From an uncultured virus (IMG/VR IMGVR_UViG_3300027406_000071) (Duplodnaviria; Heunggongvirae; Uroviricota; Caudoviricetes): 64,000 nucleotides of DNA. The number at the start of each line of letters is the position of its first letter. Position 1 is the stretch's first letter. Positions 47,914-58,437 of the stretch are shown piece after piece. The translations under genes were made by a program, and so were the position numbers. The notes below the pieces were generated by a model. The model was not told the origin of the DNA. It made no database searches and saw only the letters and a list, made by a program, of their open reading frames with translations. The stretch lies in IMG/VR virus record IMGVR_UViG_3300027406_000071. The stretch is one strand, 5' to 3'.

Positions 47914-50900
47914 CTATTTATTTTCTATTAATACACCGTGAAGGTGATTATTTATTACATCTATTACTCTATCTGATCCAATTTGTTTTGTACATTCAAA
48001 TTGTCTTTTAGTTCCTTTCCATGCTGGACACCAATTCCAATCACCTTTGTCAAATGTATCCCATCCCCAGCAACCATGACATACTTGATGATTGTTAATA
48101 TAGATAGCATCTTTAAATTCCACATAAGGATCAGTAAAACCACTTATAATGCAGGTTTTAGTTCCAAGTGCCCAAGCGAACCAAGACAAGCCAGAGGAAA
48201 TTCCAATAAACATGTCCGCGTTATTAATTGCTTTAGCAACCTCTTCTAAAGATTCTGGCAACTGTTCGATGCCAGTCAATTCACTACCTTCGCTCGAAGC
48301 ATGGGAAACGGAAATATTATTTTTATTTGCCCAATCTATAACCTCTTGCCAACCAGTTGGATTATTCCAATACTTGGCTTGTGCTGTTGATTGAGTTGCT
48401 ATAACTAAACTTGGATTTCGCGCGCTGTTTGAGGTCTTTTTCAAGAATTCAGATGCCAACTTAGGTCTCTGTTCTTGATACTCAACTCCAATTCTATCAG
48501 CAGCGATTTTACCCAGACTTATAGTTCTCCAATCGTATTTGTGCTCGTGTCTTTTCCAAGGCTCTTCCATGGTATAAAAGACTCCAACGGTCATTAGCGC
48601 TCCCTTTGTAGGCTCTGACCAGTCTAAGAATTCAACACCTCTTTCCAAGTACCATGCATGATCAAACAGCCAGGGTTTGTGTGTCTTCACGTATAATCGT
48701 GTTGGCTTGTGTGTATACATCACTGCGTGTAACTGTCCCATAAACGATATGGTGTCTCCGAGTGATGAGCTCGCCATTTCTATGGTCAGCTCTTGGTCTT
48801 CGAGTGTTAGTGTCTCTTCGTAAATCAGTCGATCGTTACTCAAAATCTTTACAGTCCACTCTGTCCACCAGTGTCTTGATGGCTGATACCAATGGCCGCG
48901 TTTCATGTTATCTACACTGTAGATCAGATCCTCTCCGTCCCAGAATTCGGCTCTCAGTGGCTCGTCACCTACTTCTTCACATGTTATGCGTGGGCCATCA
49001 ATGTACTCTAATCTCCATCGAGGAGCTTTGGCTATTGGTTTGGCTCTCGGGGTCTCTAAACAGGTTTGGTACCACTCTATATGTTGTTGCTTGAAGCGTT
49101 CTAGATCATCATCTGGGATATTTTTTCCTTGATCCTTTGATGATTTGAGTGTTTTGATTAATTGATCAACATTTTCATGGAGGTCGTTAGAGAATGGAAC
49201 TATGTAAGGTGTAAACATGTCCTTATATTGTTCTAAGTCCCTAGAGAATGTAATTAATCCACTCCCAATTGCTTCACGCAATGCTAATGGACTACACTCC
49301 CATGTTGAGTTAAACATAAATGCGTCACATGCACTCATAAATGTTTCTACGTTTGATTGTTCACCCCAAACTTTGACATTACTGGGTAGATTTTCCATAA
49401 TTGGTCCCCAATATTTCTGAAAGTTTTCAGCTTGATTACCTACAAAGTGGAATTCAAATTCTCCTGGACATTGTGCTTCTACAACTCTAGCAATATCAAC
49501 ACCTTCTTTTTGGTTTTTACCAGAAGTCCATAAACCCACATTTAAAATATGCTTCTTGTCTATTGACAATCCTAGTTTACCTCTTGCTTTTGCTCTTTCT
49601 AAAGTTGAGGGTTTGGTATCAATAATAGGATATTCAATAACTGGCTTTAAACCATTTCTATTTGCGAAAGTCTCTAAATGATATGGTGTACATAAAGCGT
49701 ACATATCTGGATCATTTATTTTATTATCTGGATTAAACCAAATATTGTGGCAAGTTTCTACTACTTTCCATTTTTTATTGTATAACCAATCCATTGCAGA
49801 TTGATCTAATTTATTAAAACTATCAAAAGATTCTGGACACTCATCTATGTGAATAATATCTGGATCTATTTCAGATATTTTATCCATTAGTTTTTGACCT
49901 CTTTCTGTAATATCTATAGATTGTAAGAATGCAATAGTATGAAAGTTATTGCCTAGTTTTTCTATTAATTGATCTCTTTGTACATTATAGATATTACTAT
50001 ATTGTGTATACTCTATTAAGTGAACTTCATATTCTGAAACATCGAGCATCGCTTCTACTCTTTTCAATACAAACTGTGGCATTCCACCTGTACTTAAATG
50101 TGGTGCTAAGAATAATAGTTTCTTTTTAGTTTCCATGCTTTCTGTTTTTTGATTTATTGGTAGATCATCATATAAATCTAAAACAGCATTATATGTTTTA
50201 TCTACTGATGGATGACATTCAAATGTAGGTTTATTTTCTAAACAATAAATTTGAGGTGGAATGGCTTGAATAGTATTATGTTCCTTAACATTATATTTCA
50301 TGTTACTAGAACAAAATATATCACATCCACCTGCAATATATTTATATTTATAATCTTGTGTACCCTTTCTATATGGTGCTCTTAATTTAGGATCTATAGA
50401 ACTGCCTAATTGAATAATATTAACATCAGTTGTTCCTGCAATATGAAGTAAGCCCGAATCCATTGTAATTATAGCTCGAGCTTTATGATTCATCATCCAT
50501 CGTAATTCTGCTGGATCATTAGTAGGATCATTAAGTAAATTAACACCTAAATTAATATTTAAATCCATTACTGGTTTATCTACTGAAAATGTTCCTACTT
50601 CTTTTGAATCTCGTCCTACTGCAACTACAGGAATTCCTTTTGAATTTAATCTATCAACTAATTCTTGCCATTTATGTTGGTCCCATGTTCTAGTTGGCCA
50701 AGTATGTGTAGGATGAATTATAACATAATCTTCATGTCCTAATTCTCTTTCTCTTTCAATATACAAATCCATTTCCATTTCTTCTTGAGTTAAACTAAAC
50801 CCTAAAGATATGGCATGGAATTGTCTAATGTCTGTGTTCGATGATCTAAATTCTACTTTCTCACCCCTTAAATCATATGCTTTACCAACAATTGGCATAA

Positions 50901-51117
50901 ATGTACGATACACTTTAATTGATGGATCGTTTCTAAGAGGATCATCTAATTTTAGTGCTTTAGAAACTAGTGGATGATTTTCAAATAAAAATGGTTTACT
51001 AGAGAAAACTATAAGTTGCGACTCGTATGCCTTTGACAATTTCCTAAGAGTAGGAATTGCGGCTAAAGTATCACCTAACGCTGGTGTGTCAATACATATT
51101 GCAACCTGTTTTGACAT
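47914..51117 (-). CDS. Three-domain glycosyltransferase: GT9-like + GT4-like + Aah/TibC-like protein O-heptosyltransferase
   Basis: LGDTL...MDSGLLHIA; HLSTGGMPQ...KNQ...ECSPLALREA; SSSLGDTI...AQAKYWN...SSGLSWFAW...CHGCW...WCP...FEC. Confidence 0.85.
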   Translation of the reverse strand: MSKQVAICIDTPALGDTLAAIPTLRKLSKAYESQLIVFSSKPFLFENHPLVSKALKLDDPLRNDPSIKVYRTFMPIVGKAYDLRGEKVEFRSSNTDIRQFHAISLGFSLTQEEMEMDLYIERERELGHEDYVIIHPTHTWPTRTWDQHKWQELVDRLNSKGIPVVAVGRDSKEVGTFSVDKPVMDLNINLGVNLLNDPTNDPAELRWMMNHKARAIITMDSGLLHIAGTTDVNIIQLGSSIDPKLRAPYRKGTQDYKYKYIAGGCDIFCSSNMKYNVKEHNTIQAIPPQIYCLENKPTFECHPSVDKTYNAVLDLYDDLPINQKTESMETKKKLLFLAPHLSTGGMPQFVLKRVEAMLDVSEYEVHLIEYTQYSNIYNVQRDQLIEKLGNNFHTIAFLQSIDITERGQKLMDKISEIDPDIIHIDECPESFDSFNKLDQSAMDWLYNKKWKVVETCHNIWFNPDNKINDPDMYALCTPYHLETFANRNGLKPVIEYPIIDTKPSTLERAKARGKLGLSIDKKHILNVGLWTSGKNQKEGVDIARVVEAQCPGEFEFHFVGNQAENFQKYWGPIMENLPSNVKVWGEQSNVETFMSACDAFMFNSTWECSPLALREAIGSGLITFSRDLEQYKDMFTPYIVPFSNDLHENVDQLIKTLKSSKDQGKNIPDDDLERFKQQHIEWYQTCLETPRAKPIAKAPRWRLEYIDGPRITCEEVGDEPLRAEFWDGEDLIYSVDNMKRGHWYQPSRHWWTEWTVKILSNDRLIYEETLTLEDQELTIEMASSSLGDTISFMGQLHAVMYTHKPTRLYVKTHKPWLFDHAWYLERGVEFLDWSEPTKGALMTVGVFYTMEEPWKRHEHKYDWRTISLGKIAADRIGVEYQEQRPKLASEFLKKTSNSARNPSLVIATQSTAQAKYWNNPTGWQEVIDWANKNNISVSHASSEGSELTGIEQLPESLEEVAKAINNADMFIGISSGLSWFAWALGTKTCIISGFTDPYVEFKDAIYINNHQVCHGCWGWDTFDKGDWNWCPAWKGTKRQFECTKQIGSDRVIDVINNHLHGVLIENK

Positions 51118-51120
51118 AAG

Positions 51121-51513
51121 CTAGTTATATTCTTGATAAGACTTTTCTTCTACTAACGCTGAACCAGTTAATTCATTGATTTGCTTTTTTACTTCTGCTC
51201 TCTCATCATTGGTATAATAAACAGATCTTGCTAATTCTATAAAATCAGAATCAAATCTCTCTTCACGTTCGTGATCTCTAATTATATCTTCAATATTCCA
51301 AAGTGTTTTATTGATATTAAGTAAATCTAGTTTCAATTCTGCTAAAACTTCTTGTGCATGTGTTTCGTTATAGATCTGATCTACAACTGGTTTCAAAGAA
51401 TCAAACTCGTTTTGTACGTTAACTAGTTTTGATGGTTCTTTAATTTGTTCTAATTTAATCTCTAAGATTGTGTACTTGTCGATTATTTCTCCGTTAGATA
51501 CTTCTATTTTCAT
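51121..51513 (-). CDS. DUF6165-like protein
   Basis: VSNGEIIDKYTILEIK, LWNIEDIIR, ARSVYYTNDERA, EEKSY. Confidence 0.75.
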   Translation of the reverse strand: MKIEVSNGEIIDKYTILEIKLEQIKEPSKLVNVQNEFDSLKPVVDQIYNETHAQEVLAELKLDLLNINKTLWNIEDIIRDHEREERFDSDFIELARSVYYTNDERAEVKKQINELTGSALVEEKSYQEYN

Positions 51514-51723
51514 TTATTTTTGTTTTTGACCGAATGGTTTAGTTAATAATTCTGCAGCTGCAGCCACAAATACTGAATCTCTAACACTTAATGCTCCTGC
51601 TCCTTGTGCAGCGTTTGCAGCTTGTATTAAAATATTAAGTGCTTGTATGTCTGTCATTGTTTTCACCTCTTCAAATGGTGAAATTTGTGGTTGTTCTACC
51701 TCAGCGTCTTTTACTTTTTGCAT
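51514..51723 (-). CDS. Hypothetical protein
   Basis: ORF downstream of a class II promoter. Confidence 0.6.
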   Translation of the reverse strand: MQKVKDAEVEQPQISPFEEVKTMTDIQALNILIQAANAAQGAGALSVRDSVFVAAAAELLTKPFGQKQK

Positions 51724-51771
51724 ATTGTGATTATTTACTAGTTATATGATTTTATCACTTATTTGTTTCAA

Positions 51772-52743
51772 TTACAAATTAAGTAACATATTCATTAATT
51801 CTCTTTGTGGAAAAACATCTGATTTATCCTTTCTAACTTGACCATGTGTTAATATACCTTTTGTTTTACCATAACTCAAGTCTTCACTATAATCAAAAAC
51901 ATTTGAATTTCCATTAACTAAATAAGATACTGCTTGTCTATCGTATTGTCCAACACTTTTCATTAACATTTCTTTTACACCTTTATTAATATCGATTCCA
52001 TGTTTATCTGAAAGTAATAATAAAAGTGCTTTAGTAGCTTCTATTTGTGAGTTAGAATATTTGTGATAATATCTATGTCCTTTGTATTCTGTGTCTAATC
52101 TACAAACCTGAGATTCATGTACTTCTGCACCATACCATGTGTAGAACTTGCCATTTTTTTCTGTTAAAAATCCTGCTGAACATATTTCTATGCTAATACT
52201 TCCTTTATGCATTTTAGAAGATTTAACAGATCCTAAATGATATCCCCAGTATTCGTCTTTGATTGCTTGTAATATTTTACCATCCCATTCAGAATCTTCT
52301 TCTGTCAAATTATTAGTATCTTTATCTGAAGCAATTCCTCCAATCACATAATGTGTTCCTACTCTACCTCTTTGGTCTCTTGACCATTGATCAATTACTG
52401 CTTTAGGATTGTGTCTTCCTGCAGTGTGATGTAAGAATATCCATTCTTTGTGTGTTTTTTGTAAAACGTATTCACCTTCTGGTAAAGGATATTGTTGGAT
52501 CCAAGTTGCACCGGTTGTTAAATCAGTATCTGCTTCTAGTTCCAGTGGATTGTATTCTAATTTCATCCATGTCATTGGTCCAACAATTCCATCGGATGTT
52601 AATTTATTTTGTTTTTGAAACTCAATTACTTTTGTTTTAGTTTTATTTCCAAAAACGCCATCTGGTTTTAAATCTAAAAGTTCTTGAAGAATTCTAACTA
52701 AATCTCCACTTTGGCCTATTTTTAAAACGTATTTACTTTGCAT
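51772..52743 (-). CDS. Endolysin: peptidoglycan-binding domain + N-acetylmuramoyl-L-alanine amidase
   Basis: DGVFG..T...V..FQ...L..DGIVGP; LHHTAG, ISIEI, LTHGQVRKDKSD. Confidence 0.9.
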   Translation of the reverse strand: MQSKYVLKIGQSGDLVRILQELLDLKPDGVFGNKTKTKVIEFQKQNKLTSDGIVGPMTWMKLEYNPLELEADTDLTTGATWIQQYPLPEGEYVLQKTHKEWIFLHHTAGRHNPKAVIDQWSRDQRGRVGTHYVIGGIASDKDTNNLTEEDSEWDGKILQAIKDEYWGYHLGSVKSSKMHKGSISIEICSAGFLTEKNGKFYTWYGAEVHESQVCRLDTEYKGHRYYHKYSNSQIEATKALLLLLSDKHGIDINKGVKEMLMKSVGQYDRQAVSYLVNGNSNVFDYSEDLSYGKTKGILTHGQVRKDKSDVFPQRELMNMLLNL

Positions 52744-53156
52744 AATTCTTCTGTTTTATCATGAAACACTTTGATTAATTTATATATTTCATTTTTACTG
52801 GTACTCTTATGTCTAAAAGAAAATGTCTCTTTCATAGTTTTTTTATCAGTAATCTTGTATCTGATAACATAATATGGTCTGATTTTTAATTTGTGAGACA
52901 TGCTTTTAATAGCACCTATTTGTTGTCGAGCTTTATTACAATATCCATGATGAACTTGTATATATGCAGATATTATATGATCTGGATGATCATCTAAAGA
53001 AAGAAAGTAATGCATTGCTTTCAATTCATTTGCTATTAGATATAGAGAATGAATTGTATTTGGATTTTCAGACATAACCTTTATATACGTTTCTTTTTCT
53101 AAAGGCTTAGAAATGTAAACGTCTTCTATGTTAATCTTTAATCTACTTATTTGCAT
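52722..53156 (-). CDS. Hypothetical protein
   Basis: ORF overlapping both neighbours. Confidence 0.55.
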   Translation of the reverse strand: MQISRLKINIEDVYISKPLEKETYIKVMSENPNTIHSLYLIANELKAMHYFLSLDDHPDHIISAYIQVHHGYCNKARQQIGAIKSMSHKLKIRPYYVIRYKITDKKTMKETFSFRHKSTSKNEIYKLIKVFHDKTEELCKVNTF

Positions 53157-54222
53157 TCTTATTTTTTATAAAATCTTCCATCTCTTTTTTGGCTTTTTTA
53201 GCCATTGCTTCATTCCAAAGTTCGTCTTGAGTTTTAGATTTTAATTCTTCGTTTGTCGGTAAATGTGGTGTTTCTATTTTTTGAACTATAGCACCAACTG
53301 ATGTTGGATTAGGTTCTTGAAATTCTGTAGAACTTTCTTCTGAAGCTCCATCAAGTTCTTCTTGCTGAACTTCTTCAAAATCCTCAAGATCCATATCTTT
53401 TACCATGTCATTCATTACTAAATCAAGAGCATGATCTTCGTCCCATTCTTCTACAGATTCTTTTATTTTAGATAGATTTGGTTCTTCATACAAGTGATCG
53501 CTATGTGATTCTTCATTATCTTCTGGTGGATTCTTTAACCAACTACCAGGCTCATGACGATCAATATATGCATCGTATTCATCAGGGCCGTAGGATTCAG
53601 TTAATTCATCTGAAATATCTCTCCATGCGTCAAGTTCTTCATCTACATCGACACTTGGCATTATATTATCACCTGGTTTATCAAGAATATCTTCAAAGAA
53701 TTCTTCAGAAGGTACAGTATCAAATCCTGTTACATCTTCTTCTTTATTCAAATCTCCTAAAATACCTTCTGATATAATCTCATCCTCATCTTCTGGTTTT
53801 ATATAGTCTACTAAAGATTTAATAAATCCTAAAGCAATAAGTGGTAAAATAGCACCTGATACAAATGCTAAAATTCTTTTTTGGTCAATAAGATCTTCTT
53901 CTATTAAATCAAATAATTCTGACCATCCTGTAAAATTTTCTAAATTAATAAATGCATAATACATGTTACCTTGCATTTGCATCAAAGTAATTGCTATGAA
54001 TAAGGACCATACAATAGTTTTATTCATTTTCTTTAAAATAACTAGAGATGCTAGAGATGCTGCTGCACCTATTTCAAAACCAATTGCTAAAGTTACTGCT
54101 AACCAATATGGATTTGATAATTCAAAGAAATCTATTACGTGTATTGTTGATATAACAGAAACTAATGCGTATAAAGATACGAACGTTCCTATTACAAACC
54201 GTTTTACTAATTTATCTTTCAT
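53143..54222 (-). CDS. Four-TM membrane protein with long acidic tail
   Basis: Four hydrophobic helices then a D/E-rich disordered tail. Confidence 0.7.
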   Translation of the reverse strand: MKDKLVKRFVIGTFVSLYALVSVISTIHVIDFFELSNPYWLAVTLAIGFEIGAAASLASLVILKKMNKTIVWSLFIAITLMQMQGNMYYAFINLENFTGWSELFDLIEEDLIDQKRILAFVSGAILPLIALGFIKSLVDYIKPEDEDEIISEGILGDLNKEEDVTGFDTVPSEEFFEDILDKPGDNIMPSVDVDEELDAWRDISDELTESYGPDEYDAYIDRHEPGSWLKNPPEDNEESHSDHLYEEPNLSKIKESVEEWDEDHALDLVMNDMVKDMDLEDFEEVQQEELDGASEESSTEFQEPNPTSVGAIVQKIETPHLPTNEELKSKTQDELWNEAMAKKAKKEMEDFIKNKNANK

Positions 54223-54226
54223 AATA

Positions 54227-54628
54227 TTATTGTTTTTTCCAAATTTTGGGTTCAATTTTATCCCATTTATCTAAAGGACATCTAGACATACGTGACATTG
54301 ATTTTGCAGAAATATTACATCCACACCCTGTTACTACTTGACCAGTAACGTTATTTTTCATAGACTTTCTTGGATCACATGTATTACTAGTTCTCATATA
54401 ACATCCGTCACAATGTTTTAATCTAGCTTCACTCATTGCTTTAGTCTCGTCATCTAACATGCCGAATGCATCTTTAACTCTATTGCCCCATCCTGAAAGA
54501 ATTTGACTTAACTGTGAAGCAGTCTCTTCTTTTGGTGTTTCAATAGGTTGAGGTGGTTGAACATTTAATTTTTCAGCCATTCTCTCAATATCAGAGTTAT
54601 AATTTTGTGATTTATCCTCAGATGCCAT
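54227..54628 (-). CDS. Cys-rich (DUF6171-like) protein
   Basis: CDGC...C...CGCNISAK...CPLDKW. Confidence 0.6.
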   Translation of the reverse strand: MASEDKSQNYNSDIERMAEKLNVQPPQPIETPKEETASQLSQILSGWGNRVKDAFGMLDDETKAMSEARLKHCDGCYMRTSNTCDPRKSMKNNVTGQVVTGCGCNISAKSMSRMSRCPLDKWDKIEPKIWKKQ

Positions 54629-54629
54629 T

Positions 54630-54929
54630 TTAGTCTTCTTTTTCTTCTAGTGCGTTAATTGAAATTCTTTCCTTGTCTGATATCTCTTCAATTCTTAGAG
54701 TTTTCCAAGCCGGAACTTCTTTAATTAATCTAATCATATCTTGTTCAGAAATGATTTTTGTTTCTAATCTATTTGTTAAAGAATCAACTTCCGCATTGGT
54801 TACTCTTAAATCTTTTTTGATTTTTTCAACGTCAGAATCAATTCCACATGATTTGAAATAAGTAAGCACTAAAAGTGCAATTACTATCTTTGTACCATGA
54901 TCTGCTAAAAATGTATTAAATTTGCTCAT
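54630..54929 (-). CDS. Membrane-anchored coiled-coil protein
   Basis: IVIALLVLTYFKSC then heptads. Confidence 0.6.
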   Translation of the reverse strand: MSKFNTFLADHGTKIVIALLVLTYFKSCGIDSDVEKIKKDLRVTNAEVDSLTNRLETKIISEQDMIRLIKEVPAWKTLRIEEISDKERISINALEEKED

Positions 54930-54941
54930 AATGTGTGTATT

Positions 54942-56024
54942 TTAATTATCTATCTTATTATTTATCTTATTTATTTTTTCAGGTGTCAAGTTTTTAAGAA
55001 AATGAACGTATAATTCAATGCAATTCTTAACATCTTTCTTATGTGCCATTTCTACAGTTGAGTGCATATATTTAAGTGGCATACCTAAAATAGCAGTTGG
55101 TGTATTCTCTAAAAAGAATGCAACAGTATCATTTCCATAACTACCAACATGATGTTGAAGTGGAATATTATTGTTCTCTGCAACTTTCTTGATCATGTTT
55201 AAAATACCTCTATGATTTTGAGATGCATACTCTAATGATGGTCCTTTACCACCTTCAACTGGCCCATGTTTTGCATTATCCATTTTTGGTGTTGCTGTAT
55301 TATGGCAAACATCTGTGACTAATGCTAAATCAGCTTGTAATTCTTTTGCAATTTTTTTAGCGCCAAATAATCCAACTTCTTCTTGTACTGAATTAACTAC
55401 ATATAGATCAAATGGCAAATCTACACCTTCTTTGTGTATTTTTCTAAGAACCTCTGCTATAATATAACCTCCTATCTTATTATCTAATGCTCTACCTACA
55501 TAATAATCACCCATTTCTTGTAATTGATCATCAAATGTAATTAAACATCCTACTTCAACACCAGCTTCATTTACTTTTTCTAAACTATCTAATCCAGTGT
55601 CTACCCATAATTCATGATCAGCATAACCTAAATCTTTTCTTTTAACTCTCGTATGAATTGCTGGCCAACCAAAAACACCTTTAACTTGTTCTCCATCATG
55701 TGTATGAATAGTTACTGCCTTAGAAGGTGCAATCATATTATCTGATCCTCCATGTTTTCTAACTCTAATCATACCATCTTTTTCAATATTAGTAATAATC
55801 CATGCAATTTCATCACAGTGGGCTTCAATTACTACTTTTGGAAATTGAGTATTAAATTTGGTTTTAGATTTTCTAACTCCGTATGAAGTTCCATATGCAT
55901 CTGTATACAAAAAATCAGAAAACGGTTTAATGTAATCAGTCCATATTTTTTGACCTTCAGTTTCCTGTGCTACTGGAGCATAAGCATTTAAGTAATCATA
56001 TAAAAATTGTTTGTTCTTTTTCAT
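54942..56024 (-). CDS. M42-family aminopeptidase
   Basis: AHCDEI, ALDNK, QEEVG, DV, YMHSTVE. Confidence 0.9.
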   Translation of the reverse strand: MKKNKQFLYDYLNAYAPVAQETEGQKIWTDYIKPFSDFLYTDAYGTSYGVRKSKTKFNTQFPKVVIEAHCDEIAWIITNIEKDGMIRVRKHGGSDNMIAPSKAVTIHTHDGEQVKGVFGWPAIHTRVKRKDLGYADHELWVDTGLDSLEKVNEAGVEVGCLITFDDQLQEMGDYYVGRALDNKIGGYIIAEVLRKIHKEGVDLPFDLYVVNSVQEEVGLFGAKKIAKELQADLALVTDVCHNTATPKMDNAKHGPVEGGKGPSLEYASQNHRGILNMIKKVAENNNIPLQHHVGSYGNDTVAFFLENTPTAILGMPLKYMHSTVEMAHKKDVKNCIELYVHFLKNLTPEKINKINNKIDN

Positions 56025-56788
56025 ATACCTTTTAATTCTTTAAATGTTTTTCTTCTTCTTATAAATTGCTTAGAATAAAATTCTAAATCTGATTGTGTTA
56101 ATGTGAAACATTGTGGTATGTTATCTTCTTCATTTGCAATCCATATTTCTCCACCATCTGCTTTAATTCCTGTCATATCCCAATATGCAATAAAGTATGC
56201 ACCACATTGTATGAAATAATCTTGAATCCAATCTTCTCTTTTTGGTCTTCTACTGTTTTTATAATCAATAATAACAACTTTATCATCAACCATTTTAGAA
56301 ATATTATCTACTGTTCCAGCCCATCCTCCACCTTTTACAGTCCATAAGAATGTTTCTGCTTCTAATACTTTAACAACTCTATCAAAATAATCAGAACTAT
56401 TAAAATAGAATTTATAAAAGAATTTCCATGCTTCTTCTAAATAAAGAGGTCCATTGTCTTCTTCGCTGAATTGGTTAACCTCCTCATCTTCTTTTGCTAA
56501 ATCTTTAAGAATCTTTAGCCTTTCAGTGGCTGACCCAGAAGTGCTCTTATACAGTTCTATGAGTCTGTGCATAATAGTTCCCCTGTTCATTGAAAGTTCA
56601 GATATACGTTTAGCTTCGGCTTCACCTACTCTTTTTTTCCATTTCTCTAAACCTGACATATCTTTGGTATTACCCAAGATAGTAGTAACTGAAGGCAACT
56701 TAGCTATTACTTTGTCACCTTCAGTTACTTGATAAAACCTAAGTCCATCTTCATGAACTCTGTTTATTGATACTTCTTCTGTTTTCAA
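56021..56788 (-). CDS. PD-(D/E)XK exonuclease
   Basis: PSVTTIL, RGTIMH, AGTVD, IDYK, QCGAY. Confidence 0.85.
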   Translation of the reverse strand: MKTEEVSINRVHEDGLRFYQVTEGDKVIAKLPSVTTILGNTKDMSGLEKWKKRVGEAEAKRISELSMNRGTIMHRLIELYKSTSGSATERLKILKDLAKEDEEVNQFSEEDNGPLYLEEAWKFFYKFYFNSSDYFDRVVKVLEAETFLWTVKGGGWAGTVDNISKMVDDKVVIIDYKNSRRPKREDWIQDYFIQCGAYFIAYWDMTGIKADGGEIWIANEEDNIPQCFTLTQSDLEFYSKQFIRRRKTFKELKGI

Positions 56789-56791
56789 ATT

Positions 56792-57277
56792 CTATTGTGT
56801 TAAGAATATAGTAAACTTATCCCATAATGCATTCCATATGTGTGCATTATTGATGATAAATTTAGTTATAATAAAAATGATAAAACCTACAAATGTAGAT
56901 CTAATAATATTACCAATAATAGGCAGCAGAGACAAATCATCAAATACTGGCCATAAAATTATTAAATAAGAAACAGGCGATACCTTTTGTATTTGAGGAT
57001 AAACCATATCTGCCAAACCTATTTGTAACATGTAGTTTCCAAAACCTGAAATCTTATTAAGAACAAATGCCTGTTGAATTTCACCAGATGCAGTTTGAAC
57101 CTCTTCTGGTAAATTAACTACACCATAAATTCTACCCAACCAATCAACTCTTAATTGAAAGTCTTGATTTAATTGATCTTGATTTTGTTTTGCAGTTTTA
57201 CGAAAAATCCACCAAACTCTAATATCTCTAGCTAATTCTACCCAATATACAAAAGTGTTTTTGATCCAGTTCCACAT
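56792..57277 (-). CDS. Membrane protein
   Basis: LRVDWLGRIYGVVNLP; C-terminal TM helix. Confidence 0.6.
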   Translation of the reverse strand: MWNWIKNTFVYWVELARDIRVWWIFRKTAKQNQDQLNQDFQLRVDWLGRIYGVVNLPEEVQTASGEIQQAFVLNKISGFGNYMLQIGLADMVYPQIQKVSPVSYLIILWPVFDDLSLLPIIGNIIRSTFVGFIIFIITKFIINNAHIWNALWDKFTIFLTQ

Positions 57278-57278
57278 A

Positions 57279-57563
57279 TTAATTTATTTTTGTTAATTCT
57301 TTTATAGTTGCTAACGGAACATTACCTGTTTGTCTTTCTACAATTTCGCCGTCTTCAAAATACAATAATGTAGGTATCGATCTAATGCCATATTCTGCAG
57401 CAATGTCTGATTCTTCATCTACGTTAATTTTTAGTACTTTAACTTCACTAACTTCTTCTGAGTATTTGTCTAATGTTTTAATAAGCATTTTACATGGTCC
57501 ACACCATGCAGCCCAAAAATCTACTAATACTCTTCCTGTTTTAATTTCTTCTTTAAAATCCAT
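57279..57563 (-). CDS. trxA: Thioredoxin
   Basis: DFWAAWCGPC, SIPT. Confidence 0.95.
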   Translation of the reverse strand: MDFKEEIKTGRVLVDFWAAWCGPCKMLIKTLDKYSEEVSEVKVLKINVDEESDIAAEYGIRSIPTLLYFEDGEIVERQTGNVPLATIKELTKIN

Positions 57564-57572
57564 ATTTTAATT

Positions 57573-57788
57573 TTAATATATTTCCCATTCAGTTAATAAT
57601 TCATTATCTGTAAGTCTAATATAAGTATCAAGTGACATGTGAATTGCTACTTGACCCTCTAATGTAAGAACTTTGGTGAATTCTACAGAATCTTCAAATC
57701 TTTCATCTGCATCTCCATTATAAAGTTCATCACTAATTTTAATTAGATTTTCAATTGATTCCTCTTGAATCCAAACTTCTATAGTCAT
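57573..57788 (-). CDS. Hypothetical protein
   Basis: ORF downstream of a class II promoter. Confidence 0.6.
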   Translation of the reverse strand: MTIEVWIQEESIENLIKISDELYNGDADERFEDSVEFTKVLTLEGQVAIHMSLDTYIRLTDNELLTEWEIY

Positions 57789-57804
57789 AATTATTGTTTA
57801 AGTA

Positions 57805-58437
57805 TTATATACTCTTATTTGATATTGTTTCAATTTGATGTTTCTTCAAATCTTTAAGAACATCTTTTTTAACTATTTCTAAATACTTTGCTCGTTTTTT
57901 ATCACTTGCAAATGGTACTGACCAAAATTGTTTTGTCTTTAACCATCTTGAAATATTCCATCCAAACACAAATGTAAATACACCCATCACTAAACGTAAT
58001 TTAACCGAATTCAAATAAAGTGTTTTTACTGGCAATGAAGGTGCTCCATGTGTGATGTATGTTCTTACCTTTTTATCACTCAAAAATGGTTTTGGATATG
58101 CGTATGGTCCAATCACTGGGACAAACTTGTATGCAAAACCTGGAGTAAATACTTCGTCAAAGAATATCTCTGTTCTTGGTGTTAATCTAAACCACCAAAC
58201 TGGAGATACGAAATAGATTCTGTCTGCCCAAGTTACTAACTCTTGATATTTTTTAATAAGATCTGTTCTTGGTCTAGAGAAATCATCTCTATATAAATCA
58301 ATAACTTCTACCTCATTTAGGTAATCACTATCTAATAGAGTTTTCTGAATTGTCTTAAAAATACCATTGTAACAGAAAGATTCCTGATCTGGATGACCTA
58401 CTACAATCAAGTTCTGCATTCTTTCTAGCTTTTTCAT
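57805..58437 (-). CDS. Flavodoxin-like NAD(P)H:quinone oxidoreductase
   Basis: GHPDQESF, DLY, PVWW, DEVFTPGFAY, THG. Confidence 0.85.
   Translation of the reverse strand: MKKLERMQNLIVVGHPDQESFCYNGIFKTIQKTLLDSDYLNEVEVIDLYRDDFSRPRTDLIKKYQELVTWADRIYFVSPVWWFRLTPRTEIFFDEVFTPGFAYKFVPVIGPYAYPKPFLSDKKVRTYITHGAPSLPVKTLYLNSVKLRLVMGVFTFVFGWNISRWLKTKQFWSVPFASDKKRAKYLEIVKKDVLKDLKKHQIETISNKSI

Noticed and set aside
56021..56788. Cas4
   Set aside because: Lacks the four-Cys Fe-S motif; fits a generic phage PD-(D/E)XK exonuclease
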